DNA of 63,557 bases, filler included, from Basidiobolus ranarum (taxonomy: Eukaryota): the NCBI GenBank assembly GCA_040143965.1. It is 20 parts of 20 records of this genome, joined end to end, with 100 filler letters (N's around TTAATTAATTAA, not from the genome) between each part and the next. Parts side by side here need not be neighbours in the genome. Positions count along the whole stretch, not along the records: positions 9,584 to 12,674 come from JASJQH010002736.1; positions 12,775 to 15,864 come from JASJQH010002737.1; positions 15,965 to 19,053 come from JASJQH010002738.1; positions 19,154 to 22,240 come from JASJQH010002740.1; 16 more parts are not named here. One strand, given 5' to 3'. The position numbers and the translations under genes were made by a program. Every line of letters begins with the position of its first letter. The first letter of the stretch is position 1. Positions 11,257-22,340 of this stretch are shown piece after piece. The notes under the pieces are model-generated. The model was given only the letters and a program-made list of their open reading frames with translations, did not search any database and had not been told where the DNA came from.

Positions 11257-12622
11257 ATGCTCGATAAAGCGGAGGACAAAGTCCACTTACTTGGCGACGA
11301 AGGTGAAGATAGCCCTGATCTATCGGAAGAAGGAAATAATGCTCAAGATACTTCGATTGAGCAATCCACCTCGAGTTCAAAAAACATCACTTCTCCTTTA
11401 AAAGTGAATAAATCTTCTCCAGTAGTTGGAATCACTTCTGGATTGCCTGCCGGCTTACCTGACACATATGGTAATAAAGTCATGCTTTCTTATATATTCC
11501 AGCTCAGTCTATTAAATTGTAGTTTTGAACAATTTTGACAGACATAACGATTCATCAAGCTGCTCAACAGGGAAATTTAATTGCTATTGAACATCTCATC
11601 GAGAATGGACAGGCTAGTGTTAATGACCGAGATCCTCAAAATATTACTGCGTTACATTGGGCCGCAATCAATAATCGGATGGCAATAGTTCAGTATTTTG
11701 TAGACAAGGGCGCCGATCTCAATGCTTTGGGAGGAGAGCTCAATGCTTCTCCATTGCAATGGGCTTGTAGGTATAAAATATATTTCATAATCGTTATATA
11801 CATATGATATAACCTAACAACTATTTTTCACAAGACAAGGATTACTCGATGTCGTCCGCTATTTGATAGAGAATGGAGCCGACCCAACACTAAAGGACGC
11901 TCAAGGATTTAACTCGTTACATTTATCAGTTCACTCTAACAATCCGCTTCTCGTGCTTTACTTGATTGCTATTGGAATGGACATCAATTGCACAGATGAG
12001 CAAGGCCATACAGCTTTAATGTGGGCCGCCTATCAAGGGGATTCATACTCAGTGGATATTATATTAAGATTTGACCCAGTGTTAAATTTGCAAGATGCCA
12101 CGGGATTCTCCGCCCTACATTGGGCAGTAGTCAAGTGCTCCTACGATACGATACTTTCTCTTTTGAGCAAAGGAATAGATATCGAACTAAGGGATCAAAA
12201 TGGTAAAAAAGCTTTTGACATAGTTCAAGAAATGAAGGCTGAAAGAATCTGGAAGCGTGCTATACAAGCCTCTGGACTTAATAAGACTCCATTCAGAAAG
12301 GTATAGCATCCTATAAGTTTTATGTCAATATTAGAAATTCACTAACTTGCTAAACATTTCTTTTAGGATACTACTAAAAAAATCATCTATGCATTACCGT
12401 TCCCTTGTTTATTTATGGTGTTACAAATATTTGCTACTTTTCCTTGGTTTATGGGACTCCCTTTTGGAGTCTCAGTACTACTTATGTTGCACTTGTTCGT
12501 GACTAAATTCTTGCTGCGAGGCCAAAATATGAAAGCGGTAATGAACACACCTTACTATTCTAGCATATTCCAGGCTACTCTTGTTTATGTCGCAATTACA
12601 TGGTTGTTTGTTATTGCACCAG
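11257..12622 (+). CDS. AKR1: Akr1/HIP14-type ankyrin-repeat palmitoyltransferase, 5' part
   Basis: Exons 11257-11470, 11542-11770, 11835-12300 and 12367-12622 join in frame. Ankyrin repeats (TALHWAAINN, TALMWAAYQG, ALHWAVVK) are followed by TM segments; the DHHC domain would lie beyond the contig end. Confidence 0.85.
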
Positions 12623-12774
12623 GTAAGCTTATAACACTTGCACATGAAAGTGAACAAAAACTAATTGGCAGATTNNNNNNNNNNNNNNNNNNNNNNNNNN
12701 NNNNNNNNNNNNNNNNNNTTAATTAATTAANNNNNNNNNNNNNNNNNNNNNNNNNNNNNNNNNNNNNNNNNNNN

Positions 12775-13583
12775 CAGTTGGACGAGTGCTAAATTTGGAA
12801 GTTTATCCAACACCTGGCACCTCTCAACAAGCCAAAGCACCACCAAATAAAACTCACAGCTCTCCAACCTCAACTGGTACTTTTCAAAGTGTTGAAATTA
12901 GCCTCAAACTTAAAGGCAAGCAAAAAGCCACACAAATACTGCATAGCATGCTTGGTAGTGTCACACTACAAGGATGTACAAAAATAGTCAAAGTGCTTGA
13001 GGAGTATTTTCAAAAGTATGAAGGGAAAAACACAGTGCAAGTATACAGAAAGTGGCTTCAGAAGAAGAACATTCAACTTGACATTCAGTCTGGTGTTGAC
13101 CATGCAGATATCTGGGAAGAACTTAATACAGAGTGGCACAATATTGCAAGGTATCTGCCAGATAGCTGGAAGCATGTTGGTTCAGCAATGTTAATACAAT
13201 GAAGGGCTTTGATGGAGATATTCATACAAACTTGTGTTGGGTATGAGCTAAACCTTTGGTATGAAGAACTCTACAAAATTATTAAGGAGAATATATTAAA
13301 GAGACTATGGATTTTGAAGGTAACAAATCAGCATTCAAGTGGTAATTGTGTAAAATTTTAGTTACATTTTTTGCACATGTATTAATTCAGAGTTCTCTGA
13401 GATTGTAGCCAATCATGCGCAATTATTTTGCAAGATTTTGAAATTTCACTCTGGAAACTCAAAAAATTGATTAAAATCAAATCTAACTTGACAATTTTAT
13501 GATGGTGAGTAAATGGTCAATTCCAAATTGATTAAAATTGTAATGGTTTTTGTATGATAAGAATTCTCAAATTTCAGCTAGGG
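12775..13583 (+). mobile_element. CMC family A: ORF2 C-terminal part and element terminus (...CAGCTAGGG)
   Basis: Homology with the inverted copy at 15000-15864 stops at TAGGG 13583 / GCCTAAC 15000. Confidence 0.7.
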
Positions 13584-14150
13584 TTATTTAATGACTAATC
13601 TCATTGAGCAAGGGTAGTTATCTCTTTAGAAAATCTTTTATCTCTAAAGTTCAGACTACATCAGTTTCTTCCAGTCCATACAGGCAAAAACACATTAGCA
13701 TTTTGACTTTGTGGACTAAAATCAAAATTTTCATATATCAGTTCATGCTATCTATCCTCATGAGTTTTATTATATATTTGCTTGCCAACTCTGAAGGCAT
13801 GAAGATGTATTATTCTCTCCAAAGCAGAGTTGAATTTACTTCCACTTTTATCCAATGCTCCCTTCCCTAGTTTTTATTAAGTTTATTAAAAACTCCCATA
13901 GATCTAATCAAGAACTCATAGAGGATACCTGGGCATCTGTAAATTTGTTAGATGCATGCTGCTTAACATCACCAACAACTTCATCTTACAGTGGATGCAA
14001 ATTGTTTGAAGTGGCAGTTTCAAGATAACAGCTGATTTGGCATATGCTGGGGATGAATGCATAAGGCTAAGATGTGTCACTATTAACAAGAGATGTAGAG
14101 GAGAGATACTTACAGAGAGGCACAAATTTTGTAATGATATTTTTCCCATT
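13584..14150 (-). mobile_element. Family B ORF fragment
   Basis: Reverse complement aligns with ~57800-58225. Confidence 0.65.
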
Positions 14151-14193
14151 TAGCATCAAGAGCAGAACATAGCTTTGACTTCCTAGAGAGATA

Positions 14194-14990
14194 CCCTAAC
14201 AAGAATAAAGTCAACTTGATCTGGATGGGATCCACCCTTGTGGATTGCAAAACCATCAGAGAACCTTCACAATATTAGTGGCTTGCATTTAGCCAGGGAT
14301 TTTGATGGCAAGATGGCAGCTTCTTGATGGCATATTGATGGTGATCATACATTGTAAAATATTGATCCTCATATTTGGCATGCATTATTTAATTTCCAAC
14401 AATTGTTGCAAAAACTAATTTTTGAATGGCAAATTACAGGGTTTACTGCTGTAGGAATTTGAATTAATATGCATGCCTTTATTTAGTTTTTTCAGGCTTT
14501 GTATTCAAGCCATAATGAGAATAAGAATATACAAGAATCTTGTTGTGTATGGTCTTTACATACGCACATACTTGACTGATCAGACATATTTCAACAACAT
14601 CAACATGCTTTACCAGCAAACTAATGGTGGAAAAGTTGCTAAATATTGGAAACATTGAGTAGCACCTACATTTGGCAAATAGCTCACTCTTGTTATCATT
14701 CACAATGAGAATAAGCTCTTGGATTTTGGCAAATTTCCATAAAGAATTCATCCCAAATATACTCAATTTGAAGTCAACAAATGTACTGCCAGAAGTAGAT
14801 GTGTCATTGCTTGAATAGATCACCCCATTGCTAAAGCAATATTACTGGATATCTTGATCTATCTCACCAAGAAGTCTGTCTTGCAGCTTTCTTAGAAATA
14901 CCATCAGATTATCACACAAACAAGTTAGTCCAAATTATAGAGATACTTACTCTGTGTCCATGGATTGGGCTTTGTTGCTGCTATTGTCCT
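14194..14990 (-). mobile_element. CMC element transposase-distal end with CCCTAAC terminus
   Basis: Terminus CCCTAACAAGAATAAAG at 14194. Minus-strand SNGVIYSS...STFVDF...FAKIQELILI...LFAKCRCY resembles the C-terminal EnSpm transposase domain. Confidence 0.55.
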
Positions 14991-14999
14991 CAAACAATT

Positions 15000-15864
15000 G
15001 CCTAACACAGATTTGAGGATTGTTATTGTAGGAAAACCATCACAGTTTTAATCCATTTGAGATTGACCGTTTACTTCCTGTCATAAAATTGTCAAGTTAG
15101 ATTTGATTTTGATCAATTTTTTCAGTTTCAGGAGTGAGATTTTAAGATCTTGCAAAATAGCTGCACATCATTGGCTACAATCTCAGAGAACTATAGGTCA
15201 ACACATGTGCAAGAAACATAACTCAAATTTTACACATTTACTGCTTGATCACTAATTTGTCACCTTCACTATCTCTAGTTTCTTTTATATTTTCTCCTGA
15301 ATATTTTACAGAGTACATCATACCCAAGATTTACTCATATCCAACATAAGTTTGTATTGTTATTTCCATCAAAGCCCACCATTGTATTGACATTGCTGAT
15401 TCAATATTCTTCCAGCTATCTGGCTGAAACACTGCTATATTATGCCACTCTGTATTAAGTTCTTCCCAGATATCTGCATGGTCAACATCAGACTGAATGT
15501 CAAGTTGAATGTTTTTCTTCTGAAGCCACCTTCTGCATACTTACACAGTGCTTTTCCCTTCAAACTTTTGGAAATACTCCTCAAGAACTTTGACTGTTCT
15601 TATATATCACTGAAGTGTGACACTACTGATGGTGCTTTGTGGTGTTTGCATGGCTTTTTACTTGCTTTTAACTTTGGGCAAATTTCAACACCATGAAAAG
15701 TACCAGTTGAGGTTGGAGAGCTGTGAGTTTTATGTGGTGGTGTTTTGGCTCGTTGAGAGGGGCTATGTGTTGGATAAACTTCCAAATTTAGGACTCTTCC
15801 AACTGGTGTACCTGGCTCCAAGATGAAAATAAGCTTTTTTGCCTGTATATCTGACTCTGACAAT
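15000..15864 (-). mobile_element. CMC family A: ORF2 C-terminal part and terminus, inverted relative to 12775-13583
   Basis: Diverged inverted copy; terminus GCCTAACACAGATTTGAGG. Confidence 0.7.
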
Positions 15865-15964
15865 NNNNNNNNNNNNNNNNNNNNNNNNNNNNNNNNNNNN
15901 NNNNNNNNTTAATTAATTAANNNNNNNNNNNNNNNNNNNNNNNNNNNNNNNNNNNNNNNNNNNN

Positions 15965-17098
15965 GACCATAAAGATCTTACGGTTGCCCATGAATCTAAT
16001 ATGATTTTTGCTGGGTATATCGCCTTCCTGGACCCGCCTAAGCAGAGTACTACCCAAGCTATACGTGAACTTCGTGAATATGGAGTCACTGTCAAAGTCC
16101 TGACGGGTGATGCCGCCGCAGTATGCAAGAAAGTATGCAACGAAATTCAACTTCCCATCAATGCTATTGTTACTACTACAGACCTTGAAAATCTGAGCGA
16201 AGAACAGTTCTCAGCTATTGTTGAGAAGGGTACAATCTTTGCCAAGCTAACTCCAATGCAGAAAGCTCAAGTGATTCGCGCACTAAAAGCCAAGGGGCAT
16301 ATTGTTGGGTTCCTGGGGGATGGGATCAACGATGCACCTGCTCTTCGTGAAAGTGATTGTGGTATATCTGTTGATACTGGTACCGACATCGCAAAAGAAT
16401 CGGCGGATATTATTCTTCTGGAAAAGGACTTGATGGTCTTAGTGGATGGCGTTATTCGGGGTCGTATCACCTATGGTAACACTATAAAGTATATCAAGAT
16501 GGCAGTTTCTTCTAATTTCGGCAACGTCTTCAGTATGCTAGTAGCCTCAATCTGGCTTCCATTCCTTCCGATGCTTCCCATACAGGTTTTGGTACAGAAT
16601 CTACTCTATGATATCTCTCAAATCGCCATTCCGTGGGATAATATGGACGACGACTTCCTACACATACCCCAAGCCTGGTCTGCCAAAGGAATATTCAAGT
16701 TTATGATTTTTATTGGACCAATCTCGTCAATCTTTGATATCACAACCTTCGTCTACATGTGGTTCTATTTTGGAGCGGACACTACAGAGCAACAATCACT
16801 CTTCCAAACTGGATGGTTTGTAGTTGGGCTACTCACGCAAACTTTGATTGTTCACATGATTCGAACTCCACTCATTCCATTTTTCCAAAGTCGTGCTTCC
16901 TTACCACTACTTCTGTCTACTATCGTAGTGATGGTTATTGGGTTTGTCATTCCATTTACACCACTTAGAGATCCCCTTTCTATGGTGACTCTACCTGGAA
17001 TGTATTATCCATATTTATTCTCTGCACTACTTGCCTACTGTCTGTTGACACAAATGGTTAAAACAATCTATGTTCGTTACTTTAAAACTTGGTTGTAA
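15965..17098 (+). CDS. mgtA: Mg2+-importing P-type ATPase, P3B (MgtA/MgtB) type, C-terminal part; intronless
   Basis: FLDPPK, VLTGD, GDGINDAPAL, SSNFGNVFS, LPFLPMLPIQVL.QNLLYD.SQIAIPWD, GPISSIFD, FQTGWFVVGLLTQTLIVHMIRT and PFFQSRAS are diagnostic of MgtA. The frame is open from the contig start. Confidence 0.93.
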   Translation, partial: DHKDLTVAHESNMIFAGYIAFLDPPKQSTTQAIRELREYGVTVKVLTGDAAAVCKKVCNEIQLPINAIVTTTDLENLSEEQFSAIVEKGTIFAKLTPMQKAQVIRALKAKGHIVGFLGDGINDAPALRESDCGISVDTGTDIAKESADIILLEKDLMVLVDGVIRGRITYGNTIKYIKMAVSSNFGNVFSMLVASIWLPFLPMLPIQVLVQNLLYDISQIAIPWDNMDDDFLHIPQAWSAKGIFKFMIFIGPISSIFDITTFVYMWFYFGADTTEQQSLFQTGWFVVGLLTQTLIVHMIRTPLIPFFQSRASLPLLLSTIVVMVIGFVIPFTPLRDPLSMVTLPGMYYPYLFSALLAYCLLTQMVKTIYVRYFKTWL

Positions 17099-17651
17099 TT
17101 TCTCGGTGACTTTAGTTTGAAAAATTGGATTTTGTTTAGAAATGAATGCTAAATTGGCATGCAATACATCCGAATAAACTAATTTACTTGATTATTTTAT
17201 ATCTCCTGAACGTACCCTAGATATCACTAGTGACACAATATAGCAGAGTTCTTTGAATCTATATACTTGAATCAGTTTTGGTTCTGGCTTTTCTTCTCCT
17301 ATAGTCAGAAATGTTGGGCAAATGACACCTAGTTTAGCCGTTTCCTTCTAAACTGAATCCATACAGCGTCTCATCACCGGCTTTATCTTCTTTTCCTATG
17401 AACGCTTATCAAGTGCAGCATTTTCCCACAGTAAAGTCTAGCTTGACAAGCATTATGACCACTATTATTTTATGGATACGGTTACGAATAAGGCTATGGA
17501 TAAGGTTATGAGCCAACTATTGATCAAGGTTAGTGTCGATGACTGTCATCATAAGCAATGCAACAAATGAAACTTTGAATAAGACATCTTAGCCTATACA
17601 GATGATCCTAAATAGATGGCCCATACAGATGATCCAATGCAGATGAATAGT

Positions 17652-17841
17652 AAGGGTTGTAGGTAATAGTGAGGGTTGTAGGTAATAGTGAGGGTTGTCA
17701 GTAGTGTTCAAGACACCAATGCAATGCAAATTTACTTTGTCCGATGAATCACAATCCTGGTTGCACTCCTGGTTGATCTGCACTCCTGGTTGACCTGCAC
17801 TCCTGGTTGACCTGCACTCCTGGTTGATCTGCACTCCTGGC
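17652..17841. repeat. Two adjacent minisatellites: 19-bp AGGGTTGTAGGTAATAGTG (~2.5x) and 17-bp CTGCACTCCTGGTTGAY (~4.5x)
   Basis: Tandem units visible directly at ~17652-17700 and ~17755-17841. Confidence 0.85.
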
Positions 17842-18022
17842 ATGGTATCAGTAGATAAACGCTAACGTATGCTTAAATCATGGGTACATGAGATATATTC
17901 TCTACGCGTAACCCATGATTAGGGATGCTTTATGGCACATGATGACTTTGCAAAACAAATATAAACTGTTAGTAAGTAGCACTTCCACTATATCCAAACC
18001 AACTCTAACCTACCCCAGAGCG

Positions 18023-18178
18023 ATGGAAGAACAAACATATGAAATCCAACAAGGTGATACATTGAGCCAAATTGCTCAAAACCACGGCGTAACTGTAGCT
18101 GATTTAGCAGAAAGAAATGGTATTGCAAATGTCGACGATATCCAGGCTGGAGAACAATTGTTCATTCCTAACAATTGA
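18023..18178 (+). CDS. Single-LysM-domain mini-protein (51 aa)
   Basis: YEIQQGDTLSQIAQNHGVTVADLAERNGIANVDDIQAGEQLFIP is a canonical LysM domain. TATAAA lies about 60 bp upstream and AATAAA downstream. Confidence 0.85.
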   Translation: MEEQTYEIQQGDTLSQIAQNHGVTVADLAERNGIANVDDIQAGEQLFIPNN

Positions 18179-18783
18179 GCAATGGCACATACTATGACTT
18201 TCTTTATCCATAAGTCAATATTTAGTAAAGATATCTGGTTACTTTGCAGAGTGAATAAATCTTATACAATATCCTCTTTTATGACCCTAACCCTATGATT
18301 CCTGCCCTCGCTGCACCAAGTATCTCATCATTTTTTATCTAGATGGTGAGAACTATTGTTGATTGTTGCATATATTTGAATATTTTTGGTGGTCAGATAA
18401 GTATGAGGAGCTCAGTTTTAGTGCTCTATTTATCGGTCAATGACTCTTCGTGTGTTGTAGGATAATTAGATTCACATTCTCCGCCAAAATCTTCTCGAAA
18501 ATGAATATAAGATCTTAGTTGTTGTATGTAGTTTAGCAGCATCTATTTACTTTTCTAGCGCATTCTTTTGGGCAATTCAGGCCATAGTGTCAAAATAACT
18601 CCGGCCCCTAATTCCATTCTGATCATACGTATACATTATTTTATACAATGTTTTACTGTATTGTTTGGAATATCACAGAATTTTAGAACACTCACAAGGG
18701 ATATAGATATTTAGGTGTCTAGGTGCTAGTATCCGTTAACCCTCATAACTGATGCACTTTCTATTCAAATATACACCTATTAC

Positions 18784-19053
18784 TGTTAAAATTAGCATTG
18801 CCTAAACATCTATATAGTCATATATAGCTTAGTATTTAGTTATTTTAGATTTCACTAAGATATCACCCATTATTCATAAACGGAATTTACTTGGAATAAC
18901 TTCTACCAACTTAGAAGTTCTCAGATAAATAGATTTTGATAACTTGTGCTAGAAGCTCCAAACTCTGAAAACATGCTCTTGAGACCTTCCTTAACATATT
19001 CTACATGTTAGTTTGTTTACATCTTTACAAAACTGTAAAAGTCAACTGAATAT
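18784..19053 (+). mobile_element. Copia LTR family A, partial
   Basis: Matches the LTR-A copies at 27490 and ~48811. Confidence 0.85.
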
Positions 19054-19187
19054 NNNNNNNNNNNNNNNNNNNNNNNNNNNNNNNNNNNNNNNNNNNNTTA
19101 ATTAATTAANNNNNNNNNNNNNNNNNNNNNNNNNNNNNNNNNNNNNNNNNNNNCTAGTATTTACCTCATTCGCATTTATCTACAAGT

Positions 19188-20436
19188 ATGGTCAGTTTCC
19201 GCATATTCGCTCTTGGTACCCTGGCTGCAGCTGTATTATCAACTTCGCTTGCTGAGGCGCAAAATCTAAAGTTGGATAATCGTTATATCATAAAGCTCAA
19301 GGGCGAAGCCGACATTAACAAAGGTACGTGTACTGCAGGGCTTACTATTCAAAGAGTCATTCTGATCCCAATTCTCTCCAGTTGATCAATTTTTTAAATC
19401 TAAGTTGGATAGATACAATCGCGGTCGCAGTGGTGGAAATTCAATTCGTAACGAATTACGCACCAAGTTTAATTTAAATTCTTTCAAGGCTTACGCGGGA
19501 ACACTTAGTAAAGATATGGTGGCAGAGCTACGTAGTCATTCGGACGTCGACTTTATCGAAGCTGAGCAAGAGTACTCATTGAGTGAATCTCAGCTGAATC
19601 CTCCTAGTTGGGGACTCTCGAGAATATCTCAGAGAACTTTGAATTTAACTGCTCCTTATACTTATCCCTCTTCAGCAGGTGAAGGTGTAGATGTTTATGT
19701 TATTGACACAGGTATTTATGCTGCACACGAGGATTTTGAGGGCAGGGCAAGTCTTCCTGTCAGTTTTATTGAAGGTGAAGCGGTTGAAGATCTGAATGGC
19801 CACGGAACACATGTTGCTGGGACAGTGGGTGGAAAGCTTTTTGGCGTTGCCAAAAAGGTCAAGTTAATTGGAGTTAAAGTACTAAGTGGCAGTGGAACTG
19901 GAAGTACAGCTGGCGTGATTTCCGGTATCAATTGGGTAGCTGAGCAGGCCAAGTCCAGTGGTCGCAAGAGTATAGCTAATGTATCATTAGGTGGAGGCAA
20001 GAGTGAGGCTATAGTAGCCGCTGTAGAGGCTGCAGTCAAAGCTGGGGTTACTTTTATTGTTGCTGCCGGTAATGAGAGTCAAGATGCCTGTAATGTATCC
20101 CCCGCGAATGCACCCTCAGCATTTGCTGTTGGATCTACCGACCCAGATGACTCTCGTAGGTTCAATAGTAATTGGGGCGCTTGTGTAAAACTTTCTGCAC
20201 CCGGAACAGATATCAATTCGGCACATATTGGTGGCGTAAAAGTAAGCAAGAAGCTTTCAGGTACCAGTATGGCTAGCCCTCACGTTGCTGGTGTGGCAGC
20301 ATTATTCTTGGCCGAAGGACTTGTATCCTCACCGCAGCAGGTTTACGACGCATTAATTTCATCTGCCACCAAGGACATTTTGACTGACCTGAAAGGAGCA
20401 ACACCAAATCTTCTTCTATATAGCAACAAAGTATGA
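19188..20436 (+). CDS. Secreted subtilisin-like serine protease (S8, proteinase K family) with I9 propeptide, complete
   Basis: Signal peptide; exon 19188-19323, intron 19324-19381, exon 19382-20436. Catalytic triad motifs VIDTG, HGTHVAG and GTSMASPHVAG. Confidence 0.95.
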
Positions 20437-21167
20437 ATGTAGAACTTACGAGACCTCAGGTGTCCGTAAATAAACAACTCATTGAATACAGTCTTATCTA
20501 TTTACTCTGTAAAACCAAATCTGAGACTATTATCAACAGAATAGAGCAGCATCCGTAATCCAGGCATTTCAGATTTATAAAGGATATTATAGATGGTTGC
20601 TCAAAGTTTAATTTAGCATAGACTATTCGATATGCACTACTGTTCTAGTTTGGGCAATTGCGGAGTATGCGAGTTGTGTAATCCTATCAGATACTGCAGT
20701 AACGATTTACTGCTATGTACAAGAAGTACTGAATTGCTATAATTGTTCATTCATTAAAATCATTTTGAAATCCAAATAGCAGCCTTCGATAGTAAGAAGG
20801 TTATTCGACTTTCCTTGGTGCTGTTTGAAACATATATATTAATTAGAACTTGCAAGCTGATTGTGAGGGCAGCATCCTTTTTGTGCTAAAATTTTGCATC
20901 ACTGTTTATACTTTAAATCCCATGTTATAGAGGATTGAAGCCTTGGACATTATGGCTTTGCTCAACCACTTATGCCATGCTGCTCTTTCGGTTAAGAGTG
21001 CAGAATCATAGCGGTTAGGGGGGGATGATAAACACCACAAGGTGTAATATTTATTTAATAACTAGATAAACTACTATTAAACAAATAAGCCAATGTAGCA
21101 TAATATGCTAACAATAAAAGTTGAAGTTAAAATATAAAGAAAATAACAAAGTATGGAAATCCTAAGA

Positions 21168-21977
21168 TTAGTTGAAAACCTTAGAGTTTGCTATTTCCCA
21201 CAGATGTTGAATGTCAAAGCTTAGTGGGGAATGAAGTTCAACTGCTTGTTCACTGTAGTAATTTCTTAGGAAATTGGTGACTTGAATAGAGGGAGAGTTT
21301 TTTAGCAGACTGGTGAATCTTGCTAAGAGTTCCTTTTCCAAAGAGAAAGGTGCAAAAAGAGGGCTGTCAATATGCTGTCTGAAAGTATGATCAAAGTGCT
21401 CCCATTCAAGATATTCCTTGACTTCTTCTATGAAAAGATCTGCAATATCCTTGTCAAGTATAACTTCTAATATATTTCTAGAAATATATTGAAGGTTAAT
21501 AATTCTTGGCATATAAATACCTAGCTCCTTGAGATATTTTCTTTGCTCAGATATGGGAAGATAATCTGCATTGGTGAAGTAGCATACAGTCCAGTTAGCT
21601 GCAGGAGGAGTATCAGAAGTAATAGGAAATCTTCTTTGTGGCTTGGAGGAAACTTGCTGAGAGGGTGCTCTGGTTCTCTTTGAGGTTGTGGATGGTTGAG
21701 TCTGAAGTACTTGAGAGTAACTCTGGGAAGAGACATGACAAGGTTCTTGAGAATTCTGTGTTTTCTGAGTTGAGAGTGGTACAGGAATAGAGGTAGGAGA
21801 AGCAGTTTGAGGAGAAGAATTGGCAAGTGAGAGTGGAGAACATGAGAGCTGAAGATCTGAGAGTGTCTTAAAGAGTATCTGGATTTGAGCCTTTAGCATG
21901 GAGTTTTCAGTTTCAAGTAGAGAAACTCTTTGTTCAAGGTAGGACATCTGAAGGGCAGGTAAATCAGGTAGAGACAT
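21168..21977 (-). CDS. 269-aa ORF1/gag-like protein of a putative non-autonomous retroelement (element ~21013-22240)
   Basis: Intronless, with no CpG in 810 bp. N-terminal coiled coil, S/T/P/Q linker and a C-terminal globular domain homologous to 44972-45208. Confidence 0.6.
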   Translation of the reverse strand: MSLPDLPALQMSYLEQRVSLLETENSMLKAQIQILFKTLSDLQLSCSPLSLANSSPQTASPTSIPVPLSTQKTQNSQEPCHVSSQSYSQVLQTQPSTTSKRTRAPSQQVSSKPQRRFPITSDTPPAANWTVCYFTNADYLPISEQRKYLKELGIYMPRIINLQYISRNILEVILDKDIADLFIEEVKEYLEWEHFDHTFRQHIDSPLFAPFSLEKELLARFTSLLKNSPSIQVTNFLRNYYSEQAVELHSPLSFDIQHLWEIANSKVFN

Positions 21978-22027
21978 TGGAGAGAGTATAAAAGAGAGTG
22001 ATAGAGAGAGTTGGGGAGGGTGGGTGG

Positions 22028-22240
22028 GAAATTAGTTAGGGAGAGAAGAGAGGAAAGATCTGAAATTGAGAATCTCAGAATTTATAGATGGATGGACAAG
22101 GGTTTAGGATTGATTAATCCAGGGTTAGAGAAATTAGTTAGGGAGAGAAGAGAGGAAAGATCTGAAATTGAGAATCTCAGAATTTATAGATGGATGGACA
22201 AGGGTTTAGGATTGATTAATCCAGGGTTAGAGAAATTAGT
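22028..22240. repeat. Perfect 102-bp tandem repeat (2+ copies, truncated by contig end) upstream of the 269-aa ORF
   Basis: Units start at 22028, 22130 and 22232. Each unit has TATAAA and CTAACCC on the ORF strand. Confidence 0.9.
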
Positions 22241-22340
22241 NNNNNNNNNNNNNNNNNNNNNNNNNNNNNNNNNNNNNNNNNNNNTTAATTAATTAANNNN
22301 NNNNNNNNNNNNNNNNNNNNNNNNNNNNNNNNNNNNNNNN

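Noticed and set aside
12775-15864. One large palindrome or foldback element
   Set aside because: The arms are clearly diverged and each ends in its own terminus. Two independent family A copies explain it better.
15965-19053. Bacterial contaminant contig
   Set aside because: It carries the fungal Copia LTR-A and long eukaryote-style intergenic DNA, with no operon structure.
20960-21012. Hammerhead ribozyme beyond the ORF1-element 3' end
   Set aside because: A short stem-loop and CGAAA are present, but there is no CTGANGA core.
22011-22292. 93-aa ORF with a 34-aa repeat
   Set aside because: Translation of the 102-bp tandem repeat running into Ns.
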